This document shows positions 40,860 through 53,340 of a stretch of 64,000 bases of DNA, one piece after another. Under the pieces are notes generated by a model. The model made no database searches, was not told the origin of the DNA, and worked only from the letters and a program-made list of their open reading frames with translations. The stretch comes from Camelus dromedarius. Its lineage: Eukaryota. The translations under genes and the position numbers were made by a program. The stretch is from assembly GCF_036321535.1 (NCBI RefSeq), contig NC_087444.1:37076001-37140000 (forward strand). Reading direction: 5' to 3'. Numbering within the stretch: the stretch's first letter is position 1; each line of letters begins with the position of its first letter.

Positions 40860-41062
40860 ATTTTTTATTAAAGAATAGAAGACTGTACAAATCATAAATG
40901 TATGCACAATGAATTTTCACTTAGTGAAATTTCACTAGTTACACCCATGTCAAGAAATATAGTATCACCCAGATCAAGAAATATAGTATCACCAAGCTTG
41001 GAAGTTTCCTCTGTGCTCCCTACTTGTCACTACTCAGTCCCCAGGGTAACTGCTATCTCCAC
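40860..41062 (-). mobile_element. L1ME 3' fragment with local micro-rearrangement
   Basis: caaatcataaatgtatgcacaatgaattttcac...cccagatcaagaaata...ccccagggtaactgctatct. Confidence 0.7.
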
Positions 41063-41294
41063 AAAGAGAAGCTAAAAAAAGTTCAAAATCCTTTTTTGTT
41101 GTTAAAATACAACACCAGAATATAAAACAGTATGGCAACATATCTTTGACTTTCACAGTCTAAAGTTAGTATACACCTGCCTTTACTGCCACTCCAGATA
41201 CGTTGTGAACTAAGATGCACAGAAAGACGGGGTGAAGAAACCTGCTTCCAATGAGGCCCATTTTAAGTGTCATATACTGAGCTAGGCAGCAATC

Positions 41295-41407
41295 TGGGAG
41301 GTAGCGTGCTAGCTCCATTTTACAGATGAGACTCAAGAGGATAAAAAACTATCTCAGTGTCACATGGCAACAAGTAGTACAGCTAGGATTCAAAACCAGA
41401 CAATCTA
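41295..41407 (-). mobile_element. MIR
   Basis: ccattttacagatgag...ctaggattcaaaaccagacaatct. Confidence 0.7.
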
Positions 41408-42564
41408 TTAAAAACCTCATGCTCATCTACTACCTGAAAGGTTCTCAAGTCAAATCCTGCCAGTTATTGGGTTCCCTGAAAACACCCCAGGTACTCCAGG
41501 AGAAGAGAATAATCCCCACACCTGCTTCACCTGGAACAGTGCCCTTTTATCTACTTTATACATTAAAGTGCTGCATAAAATTTCAAATGAAGACAGGAGA
41601 GTTCACATTTTTTAAAACAGCCTATACACCAGAGAATACAGATAGCAAGTTCTAGAATCTTCTGTTTTCATCATTCTGTATTAACACTAATAACAAAATT
41701 TATTTCTCTTCTTAACAGGTAAAAGAGGCACATGATACAAAATTCAAAAGGTATAAATGATAAAGAATGAAAAGTGATCACTCAAGGAGTTTTAGAACAG
41801 ATTTCAGGTTAAAAGACACTGATGAAAACCAAAACCACTTTGAGTTCTGCTTCCTACTGTTAGTAACCTTAACCTTATATGTATATTAAATGCTCATGAG
41901 CACCACCATTACAAGTTTAGCATGTCAGGGCTAGAGGCCTCAGAGGTTATCCAAACAGGGGCAGGACATCTCTAAGCCTCTGTGCTGCCAGGATCTGAGA
42001 CCTCCAAGGACCATTTACTGAGTTACTGCCACCCACGAGTTACCACTGCTCCTTGGCCCTTGTCTCTAGTCAGGCATCAGGACCACCCACTGGAACCATT
42101 ATTATTCTTTACTTCATTAGCTTTCCTTTTCCAGGCAAAATGGTTTCTAACTTCTGGCAGATTTTATTTTTCAATGTAATCATCTTTATGGGTGATGTGG
42201 AAATTCATTTCCCAGTGCTAGACTGTACTTGTGGAGACCTTTGGTTAGGAAACTGGTTTAAGTCCTCACTCTTCCTTTCATTAACCAACTAACTGAAAGT
42301 CAATTTTTCTCAGAGTCTGTTTCTTCAAATGTAAAATGAATATAACTCAAGTGAATGTAAGAAAACCATTTTTATAAAATTGTTACTTTTTAAAAAACAA
42401 AATTAAAAACAACAAATAAAAAGTTTGAATTACAAGGAGGAAACACAACATTTTTTTCCAATGTTCTCCTTTTAGGAAAAAGGAGATAAACTACAAGAAC
42501 ATAAACTGACGTCAGGAATTTTTTATGGATTAAAAAAAAGCAGCAGCAGCAGCAAAATACACAT

Positions 42565-42712
42565 GGGGAGAGGGTATATAGCTCAGTGGTAGAGTGCATG
42601 CCTAGCATACACGAGGTCCTGGGTTCAATCCCAAGTACCTCCATTAAAACAAACAAACAAACAAACAAACAAACCAACCAACCAACCAACCTAATCGCCA
42701 CCTCCCAAACAA
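42565..42712 (+). mobile_element. Camelid tRNA-derived SINE with (AAAC)n(AACC)n tail
   Basis: tagctcagtggtagag...gggttcaatccc; near-TSD aaatacacat/aaatacatat. Confidence 0.9.
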
Positions 42713-43549
42713 AACAAATACATATGTGCAAAGTGCCAAAAATCATGCATACCCAAAACTCCCCTAAGCCAGTGCAAGCTCTGGAGTCAGAATCCAGTCC
42801 AATTTTCTAAATGACAGTTCTCTGTAAGAACTGAATTTTTAAACTACTGCCATAAGGGACTACAGGATCCTAAATCATTGATGAAAATCCAACCATTTTC
42901 TCTATGCTCTAGGTCATAATGCAGGGAAAGTGCCCTGATACACTTAAGAGAAATAAAAGGATGTTCTTGTTAGCCAGATAATTCAATTAACTGGAACCTG
43001 TGGTAGAGCTTTTAGCACTAAAGAAGTACTTTAGAGCTATTATTTGCTGTAGGCATACAAATACCAACCATCATACTAAGTGCTTTACAGGCATTTTCCC
43101 CTTTTAATTCTCAAAACAATTTCTGTAAGAAAACGGGCTTAAGATAGATTGTCAAGTGATAGAACAGGAATCTCAGCTAGGCCTGACAACAAAGCTCAGG
43201 TGCTCAGCCACTCACATAAAACTGACTGGAAACAATCTATCTGAGCAACAAATCTATCAAAAGACTATTTTTGTCTAGACACAAACATAAACTCACACAC
43301 CAAAATATTTTTCTTCAAGAAACACTATTTATAAAAACAGTCAAACATCTTAGAAAAAACAAGTCTTAGTTTCAAATAATCTATAATTTTATTTAAAGCA
43401 AAATACATGCAAAAAAATTCTAAATAACTGTTTCATTAATTGTCAAACAGTTATTCTTCAACTATACTGTAGCTGAATAGCACTTTTTATAAAACAATTC
43501 TTTCATTCATTTAAAATCACATTAGCATGCTCCAGAAAGACTGACCAGT

Positions 43550-43930
43550 TATGTTCTCTGACATGGGAAGACCTCTTATTCCTTCACTCCTTTGCATCCA
43601 CTGTTCCTTGTCAAGAACACTTTCCCTAGTTTGTCCAGCTGGCAGACTAATATTCCTCCTTCAAATCTCTGCAAGTGTATTCTACTGTGAATCCTCCAAG
43701 CAGAGGCAGATGCGAGCATGCCTTTCTGTGCACCACCACTGTTCCCCTTTTGAACCTCCATTATGGATGGCTGCTGCTAAAGTATACTGCAAATATCTGT
43801 TTAAACATCTATTTTCCCTCAAGACTGACTGATGTCAAGGACAGAAATAATGCATTTTCATCTATATATTTCTCAGTCCCTAATGCAGAATCCAGCACAA
43901 CACACTTGGGGTTCATTACTTAATAAATTA
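43550..43930 (+). mobile_element. L2 3' fragment
   Basis: tcctccttcaaatctctgc...gtcaaggacaga...ccagcacaacacacttgg...aataaat. Confidence 0.65.
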
Positions 43931-44478
43931 CCTAATATAAACCAACAAATTATAAACATTTAAAATCTTTCCAGAGACCATTAATATGTATTATTCTACT
44001 TTAACCTACAGGCTCTAGTTTTCAGACTGGCAGAGTAGGAGCTGTTTTTTTTGAAGCTCTCCACTTGACAACGAAACGCAATGTCCAAATACTGCAGTGG
44101 GTCACGTGGAAGTCACAAAATCAGGGGCCCCATTTCATTAGGGATCACACTACAGTGGAGGACAGGCATGTTTCAATATAGTGTTCAATAAGAACAATAA
44201 CAGAAATAAGAAGTGCTCTGGAAACTACAAAGTAGAAGGGCTAATTATGATTAAGAAGGTTGGAGAAGGGACTGACAGATAACGCTTAAGCCAGGCCTTG
44301 ATGATGGGTAGAAAAGTACATTCTCAGTCAGGGAACAAACAGCATGAACAAAAAGGTTCAGAAATATAAGATAAATGCATATTATACATTAAAAAGACTT
44401 CTTGCTATTACAGATGCAAGCATTCTTAAAGAAAATGTCACGGGCAGTTTGATCACAAGAACTGTAAGAGCTTTGGTT

Positions 44479-44573
44479 GGGGGTTAATAGCTCAGTGGCA
44501 GAGCACATGCTTAGCATGCACGAGGTCCTAGGTTCAATCCCCAGTATCTCCATTAGGAAAAAAAAAAAAAAAA
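44479..44573 (+). mobile_element. Camelid tRNA-derived SINE, short form with plain poly-A tail
   Basis: tagctcagtggcagagcacatgcttagcatgcacgaggtcctaggttcaatccccagtatctcc followed by an A run. Confidence 0.9.
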
Positions 44574-44814
44574 GAATCATAAACGCTTCAAAGAAAATAA
44601 ATGTATTTCATGATATCCCTCTTGTCCCTTCTCCTAGATAGAAAGTATTCTTGGGGACATCATCAGTTATTGTCAGCCTATTAAATCAATTCACTCACTG
44701 ACAAAGGGAAATATCAACCATTAAAAGATAATTTTATTTCATACATTAACCACTAAGTAGGCTTGATTTTTTTCATTTATTCTTAAAAACATTATAATAT
44801 AAACATGAAATATC

Positions 44815-45052
44815 AATAATATCAGCTGACACCTAGTCAGGGCCACAGTCTCTAAAAGTGCTTTCACGTGTGTTTACTCATTTAATCCTTACAATGGCCC
44901 TATGATACAGGCATGATTATCAGCCCTATTTTATAGATGAGGAAACTCAGCCATAGAAAGGCGAAATAAGTTGTCAGAGGTGACAAAAAAGGTGGCAGAG
45001 CCAGATTCAGACCTTGTAGTCTGGCTCTAGAGTCTGGGCTCTCTTAACCACA
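44815..45052 (-). mobile_element. MIR (near full length)
   Basis: ctcatttaatccttacaa...attttatagatgaggaaactcag...gtctggctctagagtc. Confidence 0.85.
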
Positions 45053-45157
45053 TTCTTTGTGTAGACACACACACACTTTTTAATTAATATAAACAATAGT
45101 GTACATACAATTTTGTGCATAGAAAAACTACAAATTTTCTCTATTATATAACACTGA

Positions 45158-45290
45158 CTTTTTTAAAAAAATGTGGAAACATATAATAACATAAAAACTA
45201 CCATCTTGACCATTTTCAAGTACACAGGTAAGTAGTGGTAAATAAGCACAGTGTTGTGCAACCAATCTCCAGAACTCTTTTTCATGCCTG
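45158..45290 (-). mobile_element. L1MB-type 3' terminal fragment
   Basis: acataaaaactaccatcttgaccattttcaagtacac...gttgtgcaaccaatctccagaactcttt. Confidence 0.7.
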
Positions 45291-45636
45291 GAAATTATTC
45301 TATTTAGTTGACAGCTGTATCAAATTTAAACACCAGATAAGACTAAATTTGAGTGTTTTAAGACTGAAGTAGACATGGGTAATAAAACAATAAAAAGACA
45401 CAAGGAAGTGATTACTATAAAAAGAGGTAAGATATTTGGATCAATGAACTAATAGAAAATACACCTTATGATAGTAAATGATTTTTATGAGAACCAATAC
45501 ATGAGGAATTCATATATAACCTTAAAATTAAGACTAAGTTTCTTTATAGCAATTATATTTAATAAACACAAAGTCACAGAGTACACCTTTTTAAAAATTA
45601 AAGACATTAAACTATTTAAAAACATTAAGCACAAAC

Positions 45637-45808
45637 NNNNNNNNNNNNNNNNNNNNNNNNNNNNNNNNNNNNNNNNNNNNNNNNNNNNNNNNNNNNNNNN
45701 NNNNNNNNNNNNNNNNNNNNNNNNNNNNNNNNNNNNNNNNNNNNNNNNNNNNNNNNNNNNNNNNNNNNNNNNNNNNNNNNNNNNNNNNNNNNNNNNNNNN
45801 NNNNNNNN
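45637..45808 (-). other. CBFB: N gap inferred to contain CBFB exon 5 (96/127 nt, alternative donors)
   Basis: Exon 5 (QEDALAQQAFEEARR...) is not readable anywhere between exons 4 and 6. The 172-nt gap is midway and in non-repeat flanks. The right flank on - (ctatctgtttcatgtattcttaat) is pyrimidine-rich like an acceptor lead-in. The alternative gap at 51090 abuts L1 sequence. Confidence 0.7.
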
Positions 45809-46394
45809 ATTAAGAATACATGAAACAGATAGTTTAATTCTGATTTATATTAAAAAATTAAAATTTGGGGGGGTGTCTTATTTTTCGAAGGAAATGAAGA
45901 GCAGAGTATTTCTCAAAATATAAGAGCCAAAAAAATTAATATAAGAGCAATTTTTAAAAGAAAACTTCAGCATTTTCATGTCCTATTATAACACCTTGAA
46001 AATAGTAATCAGGTTCAATCATATTCTAGCAACTGAAAGTGCTCTTTCATATTCTGTCTTTACCTCATCCTACTCACCAAAATAAAATCCTGATCAAGTC
46101 AATATTTAAATCACAGAAGTACAAAAAAAAATTGGTATATATTTCTACCATATGGGGATAAGACAGGCCCTCTAATTATGGCACGAAAGTCAGACATATA
46201 AAAAAGAGGATATTAACAGAATTGATTATATAAATGCTAGAAACTTCTAGACTATTACTAAAAAGTAAATAAAATTCTAAGGGATATTATCAAGAAAAAT
46301 TATTTGCAACATATAACAAATCTACCCTAATCCTTTCCAAACTAATGGATAAAGATCTGCACATGAAGGAAACCGAGATACCTCAAAGTTACTG

Positions 46395-46750
46395 TGTCTA
46401 AAAGGCAATCAATTTAAACTTTCTCTTTACTCTTCCTCAGTCTGGTTGGTGGCACCACCCACTCATTTCTGCCAAGAACCTGAGCCTCCTTTGACACTTC
46501 ACTTCCCCCTTGTCTCCATAGAGCCTATCACCAAATCTTATCCATCTTATCTCCTAAATATTTTTTGAATCTTTAATCTCCTTTCCATTTCTACAAACAT
46601 TCTCAAGTGCAGGCTCTTAAGATCTCTTACCCAAATTACTGTGAAGTCTCTTCCTTCTGCCATCCCCCAATCCACAACAGAGCCATGAGAGCATACCTTC
46701 TAAAGTAATCTTACCATAATACTCCCCAACTTAAAAAGCCCCCTGGCTCA
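46395..46750 (+). mobile_element. L2 fragment
   Basis: gccaagaacctgagcctcctttgac...tcaccaaatctt...atctcctaaatatt. Confidence 0.6.
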
Positions 46751-46754
46751 AGCT

Positions 46755-47207
46755 TTGCAGTCACATACTTCTCAACATTAGGATTTTCAATGGCACACCT
46801 GAAGAAACTAAAAGATCAAAAACAATACCAAAAAAGTCATCAATATTCACCATTCTAGATTCACTGCAGCAAAAGGTGGCCAGGTAACTCAGTTCTTGCC
46901 AATGAGACAGAAGCATGAAGTCACCTAATGAGGCTTCTAAGAAAGTCATTAAGAGACATTTCACCTTTCCTCCTTCCTGGGAACTGATGTAATGACCAGA
47001 GATACAGCATCTTGCAAACATAACAGTGAGGATGTAGCCATAACCGAGCACAGTATACCAGGAAAATGAAAAGATCCATGGCCCCTAATAATATAATTAA
47101 GTGCTATACCAGGCCTGGACTGTGTACTGTTGATATCTTGTTCTGCATGACAAATCTTTCATTTGCCACTGTTAGCAAGGTGAATACTCGTAATTTTCAC
47201 TGACACA
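46755..47207 (+). mobile_element. MaLR LTR (MLT1J/K-like)
   Basis: ggtggccaggtaactcagttcttgccaatgagacagaag core. Confidence 0.65.
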
Positions 47208-47221
47208 AAATTGAAACATAT

Positions 47222-47410
47222 GATCAAGTTTCTACTCTTATGATGCATTTACTAGTTTTATGACCAAGGGCAAGGCATTTCCTTTTCTAAGCCTCAGTAA
47301 ACTCACATGTAAAATGCACATAGTAGTAATACTTCATGAGATTAAATGAATTAACTTATAAAAAATGCTTAAGCATCCTATCTGACAACATTCAATAAGT
47401 GCTATTATTT
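47222..47410 (+). mobile_element. MIR
   Basis: ctaagcctcagtaaactcacatgtaaaatg...gagattaaatgaatta. Confidence 0.75.
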
Positions 47411-47604
47411 TATAAGCATTTATGGATATATACAATTCACACATTCGACTAAACATTATTATACATACCAACTCTATTTTCAGAATGTACTATATAAGCC
47501 AGAGTTACCTGCAGAAGAACTCTATTCCCAACTCCCAAAGGATTTTTCTTATTTAGTTAGGTATCAACTGGGACATGTCTACTGATAACAGGATATCCCT
47601 CTGT

Positions 47605-47850
47605 CCTGTGCATCCATTCACTCTTTCACTTACTCCACAAACATTTAGTCTTTACTACATCCAAGACACTGTGCTAGATGCAATGCATACAATGTGTAGG
47701 AATTTTCCTCACAGGTTCTGGTCTAGTAGGGGAGGTGTACAACAAACAAATAATTACAAACATCAGTATATAATTAGCAACCATGATTAAGAACAGTAGA
47801 GAAGAATTACAAGATGAAATGAGAGCATATAACATGAGATGTGATCTAAT
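47605..47850 (-). mobile_element. L2 3' fragment
   Basis: cattcact...caaacattta...agacactgtgctagatgc. Confidence 0.6.
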
Positions 47851-48061
47851 TCCCTAAGTAAGTTATTAGCCACTAATGTGTATTCTAGCAATGATCATAC
47901 ATTTTACCTCATTAAAAGAAAAAAAAAGTATCACTACTAATAATTGTAGTACAATAAGCCAAGAGAGATTTGGTAGCCTACCAGTCTCTAATTTCACCTT
48001 TCGTCTTGGTCTTTTCTAGTGAGATGTGAAAAGCATGTGCAATGACCAGAGTCTGCACTTT

Positions 48062-48185
48062 TTTTTTTTTTTTGAGGTGTAGGAGTAATTAGGTTTATTT
48101 ATTTTTAGAGGAGGTACTGGGGATTGAACCCAAGACCTCGTGCGTGCTAAGCATGTGCTCTACCACTTGAGCTATACCTTCCCCC
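48062..48185 (-). mobile_element. Camelid tRNA-derived SINE with TSD ctgcacttt
   Basis: TSD at 48053-48061 and 48190-48198; poly-T (tail) on +. Confidence 0.9.
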
Positions 48186-49729
48186 AAGACTGCACTTTAA
48201 TAAATGGTTAAATCTGAAAGCAATTACCAGTGTCATCCTGATCCTTTCCCATTGTGAGCTTAAGTAACACCTCCCCAAGGACAGCATAAAGGATACTTGC
48301 TGATACAACTACACACTCACCGATAAAGTATGCTGAAATGGCTAGGGACAACTAACTCTACCCAGTCCCAGGTGGTAGCTTTTAGCACTCCGGTCCCTAC
48401 CAACTACTTGTCACACTAGTCTGTTACTCTGTGGTCTATACCACAGTCTGCACAAAGTAGTCAGAAGGAGTCATCATAAAAGGTGGTTGGGTGTTTGTAA
48501 AACCCATGTGGGAAATAAAGGCCTAGCAGTGTTCTCATAGAGCACATATAGAATATTCTGACCATTCCTGTGGCACTGATTTTGTCTTTATTGTATTGCC
48601 TAAATCTATAACTATATTCATTTCAGTTTGGTATTACTTACCTTTCTGTGCAATGAATTTAAAAAATACAAGCACATGTTTAATGAAAAACTAAGAATCA
48701 AATTGGTTTCCTGGAAAATTGATAATGAATGTATGATTTGTACAAAATAACATTTCCCATTCTCTGTGGGGATCAGAGTACCACTGATCACATGAAAACC
48801 AAAAGAAAGAAATCTGCTGAAGAAGCAACAACATATACTCCAAAGGCAACAATTTAACATGTGCAGCTGCAAATGGTACATTTAACATCACTGTAGAACA
48901 CAACTTTTAATTTAAATCAAATGACTCTTATAAATTTTCACTCACATTCTCGTGCACATACAAAAAGCAAAGCTGTTCATATGTTGGCTTTACTGACAGA
49001 AAAAACTTGCAAAAAGCTAAAGGACATCAGATTTACATCAGTGTCAGGTACTCAAACAGAAAATCTGTACATCCCAACAATGGCTCAATTTTTCTAATCT
49101 TATCATAGAATCAAAATAGAACTTTTGGAAGGTCATAACATTGAAGGTGAAACTATTTTTGTGACTGCTACAGTAAATTAATTTAAAGAGTACAACAGTG
49201 AAGATAAAATTATTGGCTCTTAAATCGATAATACAAATACAAATGCTGGTGGTGCACATTGTATTAAAAAAATGTTCTCAGTGAATTTTTTAAAACTATG
49301 AAATAAAAATTTACTAGGAACTAGTTGCAGTACATATCTAATTCATAATTGTTATCCCAACAATTCTCATACAAAGAAGTGAGATATTTTGCCAATCATT
49401 TAGACATTAGAGTTGCATAAATTACAAATACATTTATGCATACATAGTTAACTATAAAATGTCTGTGACAAAATCGATGCTGAATACAAAAAAAATTCAC
49501 ATAGCAATACACAGGCACTTGGGAATTAAAAAATCTGAGCCTTTGAAAAACCTCTCTGAAATCAACCTAGCTTCTAAAATGGCATTAGAAAAAATTAAAT
49601 TACATTATGTGGCTCACATTTGAATTCTACTGGACAGCACTGTCCTAAAATAAAGCTTGATGAATTTTCACAAACTGAACTTTCCATGGAACTAGAAGCC
49701 ATATGAAGAAATAGAATAGTACCAGCATC

Positions 49730-50215
49730 TCTTTTTCCTCTACTCTAGTACCTAGCCTGTTCTTCCAAGGGTAAACCACCATCCTTCCTTCTAACAACAT
49801 GTATTATTAGTTTTACCTATTTTTGTATTTTATATAAATGGAGTCATACAGCATGTGCTTTTTTTGTACACTCAATATGTTTGTGAAATTCACCTGTATT
49901 GGTGTGCTAGTTGTAGTTTTTCATTTTCATTGTATTTCTTTGTGTGAACATGCAATTTGTCCATTCTACTGTTAACTGGTATTTGGGCAATTTATAGTTT
50001 CTGGCTATTACTAATAATGCTGCTACAAATGTCCCATTTGTTGAATATATGTATTCATTCCCATTGCATATTATGCCTTAGAGTAGCACTGCTGCTGGAT
50101 CATCAGTATACCTAAGTGCAGTTGTATTTACTGCCAGTTTTCCAAATGCTGCGTCAATTTTATGTAACCAACCAACACACCAACTGTTGTTCTACATCCT
50201 TGCCAACATTTGTTA
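49730..50215 (-). mobile_element. L1ME/L1MC-type 3' fragment
   Basis: tatataaatggagtcatacagcatgtg...ggctattactaataatgctgcta...tacatccttgccaacattt. Confidence 0.75.
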
Positions 50216-50394
50216 AAGTTACTCTGAACAAAGGCAAAAAGGCAATACCTGTGAAAATATTTCAGTTGAAATATTTATACAATTTAATTCTAAAAAATGG
50301 AATTGTGACTAGCCTCCGTTTATCTCTAAGCTCACCAGGTACATCAGCATCTGTTAGAGAATTTTGTCCTTATGGCAGAGAATGAACAAGCTTC

Positions 50395-50569
50395 CCTATG
50401 TATCTCTTCTTATCAGGACACTAATTCTATGGTATCAGGGCCCCCCTCTTGTGACCTCATTTAGCCTTAATTACTTCTATACAGGCCCTATCTCCAAATA
50501 CAGTCATACTGGGAGTTGGGGCTTCAAAATATGAATTTTGAGGGGTCACAAACATTCAGTCCACAATAG
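50395..50569 (-). mobile_element. MaLR LTR fragment (MLT1A/B/C 5' part)
   Basis: ccctatctccaaatacagtca...cttcaaaatatgaattttgagggg...cattcagtccacaata. Confidence 0.85.
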
Positions 50570-51296
50570 CTGGTAAATGGTGGGGCTGGGAATCACAATT
50601 CACGGCTATGGAGCTCCTACTCCTAGGTTCTATACTTCATGGCCTGTTTACTTTTACTTCCAGATAATTTTGGGATAGGGAAAGCTCCAGAGAAGTGCTG
50701 ACTGTTGACTGGTTGGCATCCCCTGCTTTGAAGTTTTTACATTACATTATATAAGGCCTATTATTTTATTAGTTTACTGTCACAACAGATGGTACTTACT
50801 GGGGCAACAGGGCTTGGAAAATTCTAAGTATAGAAAATTCTGTGGGTTAAACTTAAAATTTTTATCTATCATTTTAGTAAAATATTTCAGTTTTAGAAGT
50901 CAACTCAATCTGAAATTCCCCCTTATATAAATTCAATCTGCTGTATCACTTATTACAGAAACAGCCTTCTAAATTGCCAATTATCTACAATTTTTCTGAA
51001 AGATTTAGGTACTCCTTAACCCTGTGGAAATCAAGGTAGCAGAGGTTCTTTCTTAAGAATTTTAACTTTGAACCTTAAATTTTTACTAGNNNNNNNNNNN
51101 NNNNNNNNNNNNNNNNNNNNNNNNNNNNNNNNNNNNNNNNNNNNNNNNNNNNNNNNNNNNNNNNNNNNNNNNNNNNNNNNNNNNNNNNNNNNNNNNNNNN
51201 NNNNNNNNNNNNNNNNNNNNNNNNNNNNNNNNNNNNNNNNNNNNNNNNNNNNNNNTCTGTGTCTGATCTCTTCACTCCCTCAACCCCTATCCCTGG

Positions 51297-51452
51297 TAGT
51301 TTTTTTTAATTGAAGTATAGTTGATTTCAGTGTTGTGTTTGTTTCAGATGTACAGCAAAGTAGTTGTTTTATATATATCTGTACTTTTTCAGATTCTCTT
51401 CCATTGTAAGTTATTACAAGATACTGAATACAGTTCCCTGTGCTATACAAGA
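51297..51452 (-). mobile_element. L1 3' end (cetartiodactyl-type)
   Basis: ttgaagtatagttgatt...tacagcaaag...cagttccctgtgctataca. Confidence 0.85.
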
Positions 51453-51639
51453 CTTTGTTATTTTTTGATCTCTGAAGAAAACTCCTACATTTCTATATAG
51501 AGAACATGGGAAGAGATAACAGAAATAACAAAAAGAGAGCTCCTTTTTATTCTTGCCTTTATTTGAACTTGATTTAGAGGATTAATATTAAATAATTGAA
51601 GAAAATTAACACTCACTAATAATTAGATACTTTGACATG

Positions 51640-53340
51640 TTCTTTTAGCATTTTGAATGTTATCACACTACCTTCTGGCCTCCTCAATTTCAAAAGAGAA
51701 GTCAGCTGTTAATCTTATTGTTGCTTCCTTGTATGTAAGGAAGTCTTCTTGCTGCTTTCAAGATTCAGTTTCTTTGTAACAGTTAGACTTTGATGTATCT
51801 AGGTTAGATTTCTTTGTGTTCATCCTCCTTGGAGTTCACTGAATTTCTTGGATATGGAGATGACTATTTTTCATCAACTTTGGAAGTTTTCAGCCATGAT
51901 TTCTTAAAATATATTTTCTGCCCCTTTCTTTCTCTCCTATCAGGGATTTTCATTACATATATCTTGGTATGTGTGCTGGTGTCCCACGGTCTGAGACTGT
52001 TCATTTTTGTTCTCTCTTCTTTCTGTTCTTCAGACTGGATAACCTCTATTAATCTATGTTCAAGTTCACTAATTCTTTTTTCTGCCATCTGTTGAGCAGA
52101 AGAAAACAGCTCAAATCTGTTGAGTCTACAAATTTTTCATTTCAGTTATTGTATTTTTCATTTTTGCAACCTTATTCTCTTTAATAATTTAGATCTCTTT
52201 ATTGATATTCTATTTTATAAGTCATTGTCATAATTTTCCTTCAATTCTTTAAAGGAAAAAAATTTCCTTTAGTTCTTTGAACATACCAAAAAATAATTGC
52301 TTTTAAGTCTTTTGTCATTAAGAACCATCATCTGAGCTCCCTCAAAGTTTCTACTGCCTGCTTTTTTACCTGAGTATCAGTCGCATTTTCATGCTCTTCT
52401 GCATATCTTATAATTTGATGAAAACTGGATATTTTAGATAATATACTACAGCAACTCTGAATTCTGACCCCTGCCTCTAGCATGCTGTTGCTGGTTTTTG
52501 TTTGTCTGCCTAGTGACTTGCCTAGACTAATTTTGCAGTCTATTTCCCCAGCAGTGCTCAGCCTCTGATGTCATTGTTTAGTTTAGTTTTTTTTCCTTTT
52601 AAAGCCTTGCTTTCTAGGGGGTTGCCCCTGAGTCAACATAATTTAGTGGTCAGCCAATGATTGGTCATAGGTTCTGCTTAAACACCTTAAGCCAGAAGGC
52701 TTCCATCCCTTGCCACTGGATCCATGTATGGCTTGGGGGAATACTTTCAAAGTGCAGGAAGTTTATCGTCTACCTGTGTTCGGTCAGCGACTAGTATCTT
52801 TCTAGGGCCCTCTTTGTCCTCTCCTGAATAGATGTAGCCTTGCACATATACACAGCCTTTTGGAACATGAGGAGGTGTGGCTTTTTTTAAACGTATGGTC
52901 TTAATAGGGCCCACTTTAGCTATCTTTTCCCCTAGATTTCCCTGATAAATTTCTGGTTAGTCTACCATTTTGTTGCTTCCTGCAACCTTAACTTTCCCTG
53001 ACTGTTTGTCACAGAGACTGCAGTTGTTTTCAGCAACATCCCTACTCTAAATAAAGTCCACTCCCTCTGACAGGACAGCAGAGCTGCCAATCCTCATGGC
53101 TTCCCCTGTCTACCCAGGGTAGAACTTGAGTGACCACAGAGCTGAGGGAGGACATAGGAACAGGTCCTGACTAAAATGCCAAACTATCACTGTTGTTACT
53201 GAAATTCACTAGCTTTGTTTGAATAAATGTCTCTTAATTTATGACCTTTGGTTAATATCCAGAGACCATAAATGGGTTTTTTGGTTTGTTTTTTTTTTTT
53301 ACAATTTTGTTAGGTTTAATCACTGCTTTTTGGGGAGAGA
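51640..53340 (-). mobile_element. Old L1M 5' region plus ORF1 remnant
   Basis: ORF 51864..52088 (MAEKRISELEHRLIEVIQSEEQKE...) resembles the L1 ORF1p coiled coil; upstream sequence resembles L1M 5' ends. Confidence 0.8.

Noticed and set aside
42565-42640. tRNA gene (A and B boxes present), also at the other five SINE copies
   Set aside because: No full cloverleaf or acceptor stem; A-rich tails and TSDs show these are SINE retrocopies.
51864-52088. 74-aa coiled-coil ORF as a novel gene
   Set aside because: Degenerate L1 ORF1 remnant.
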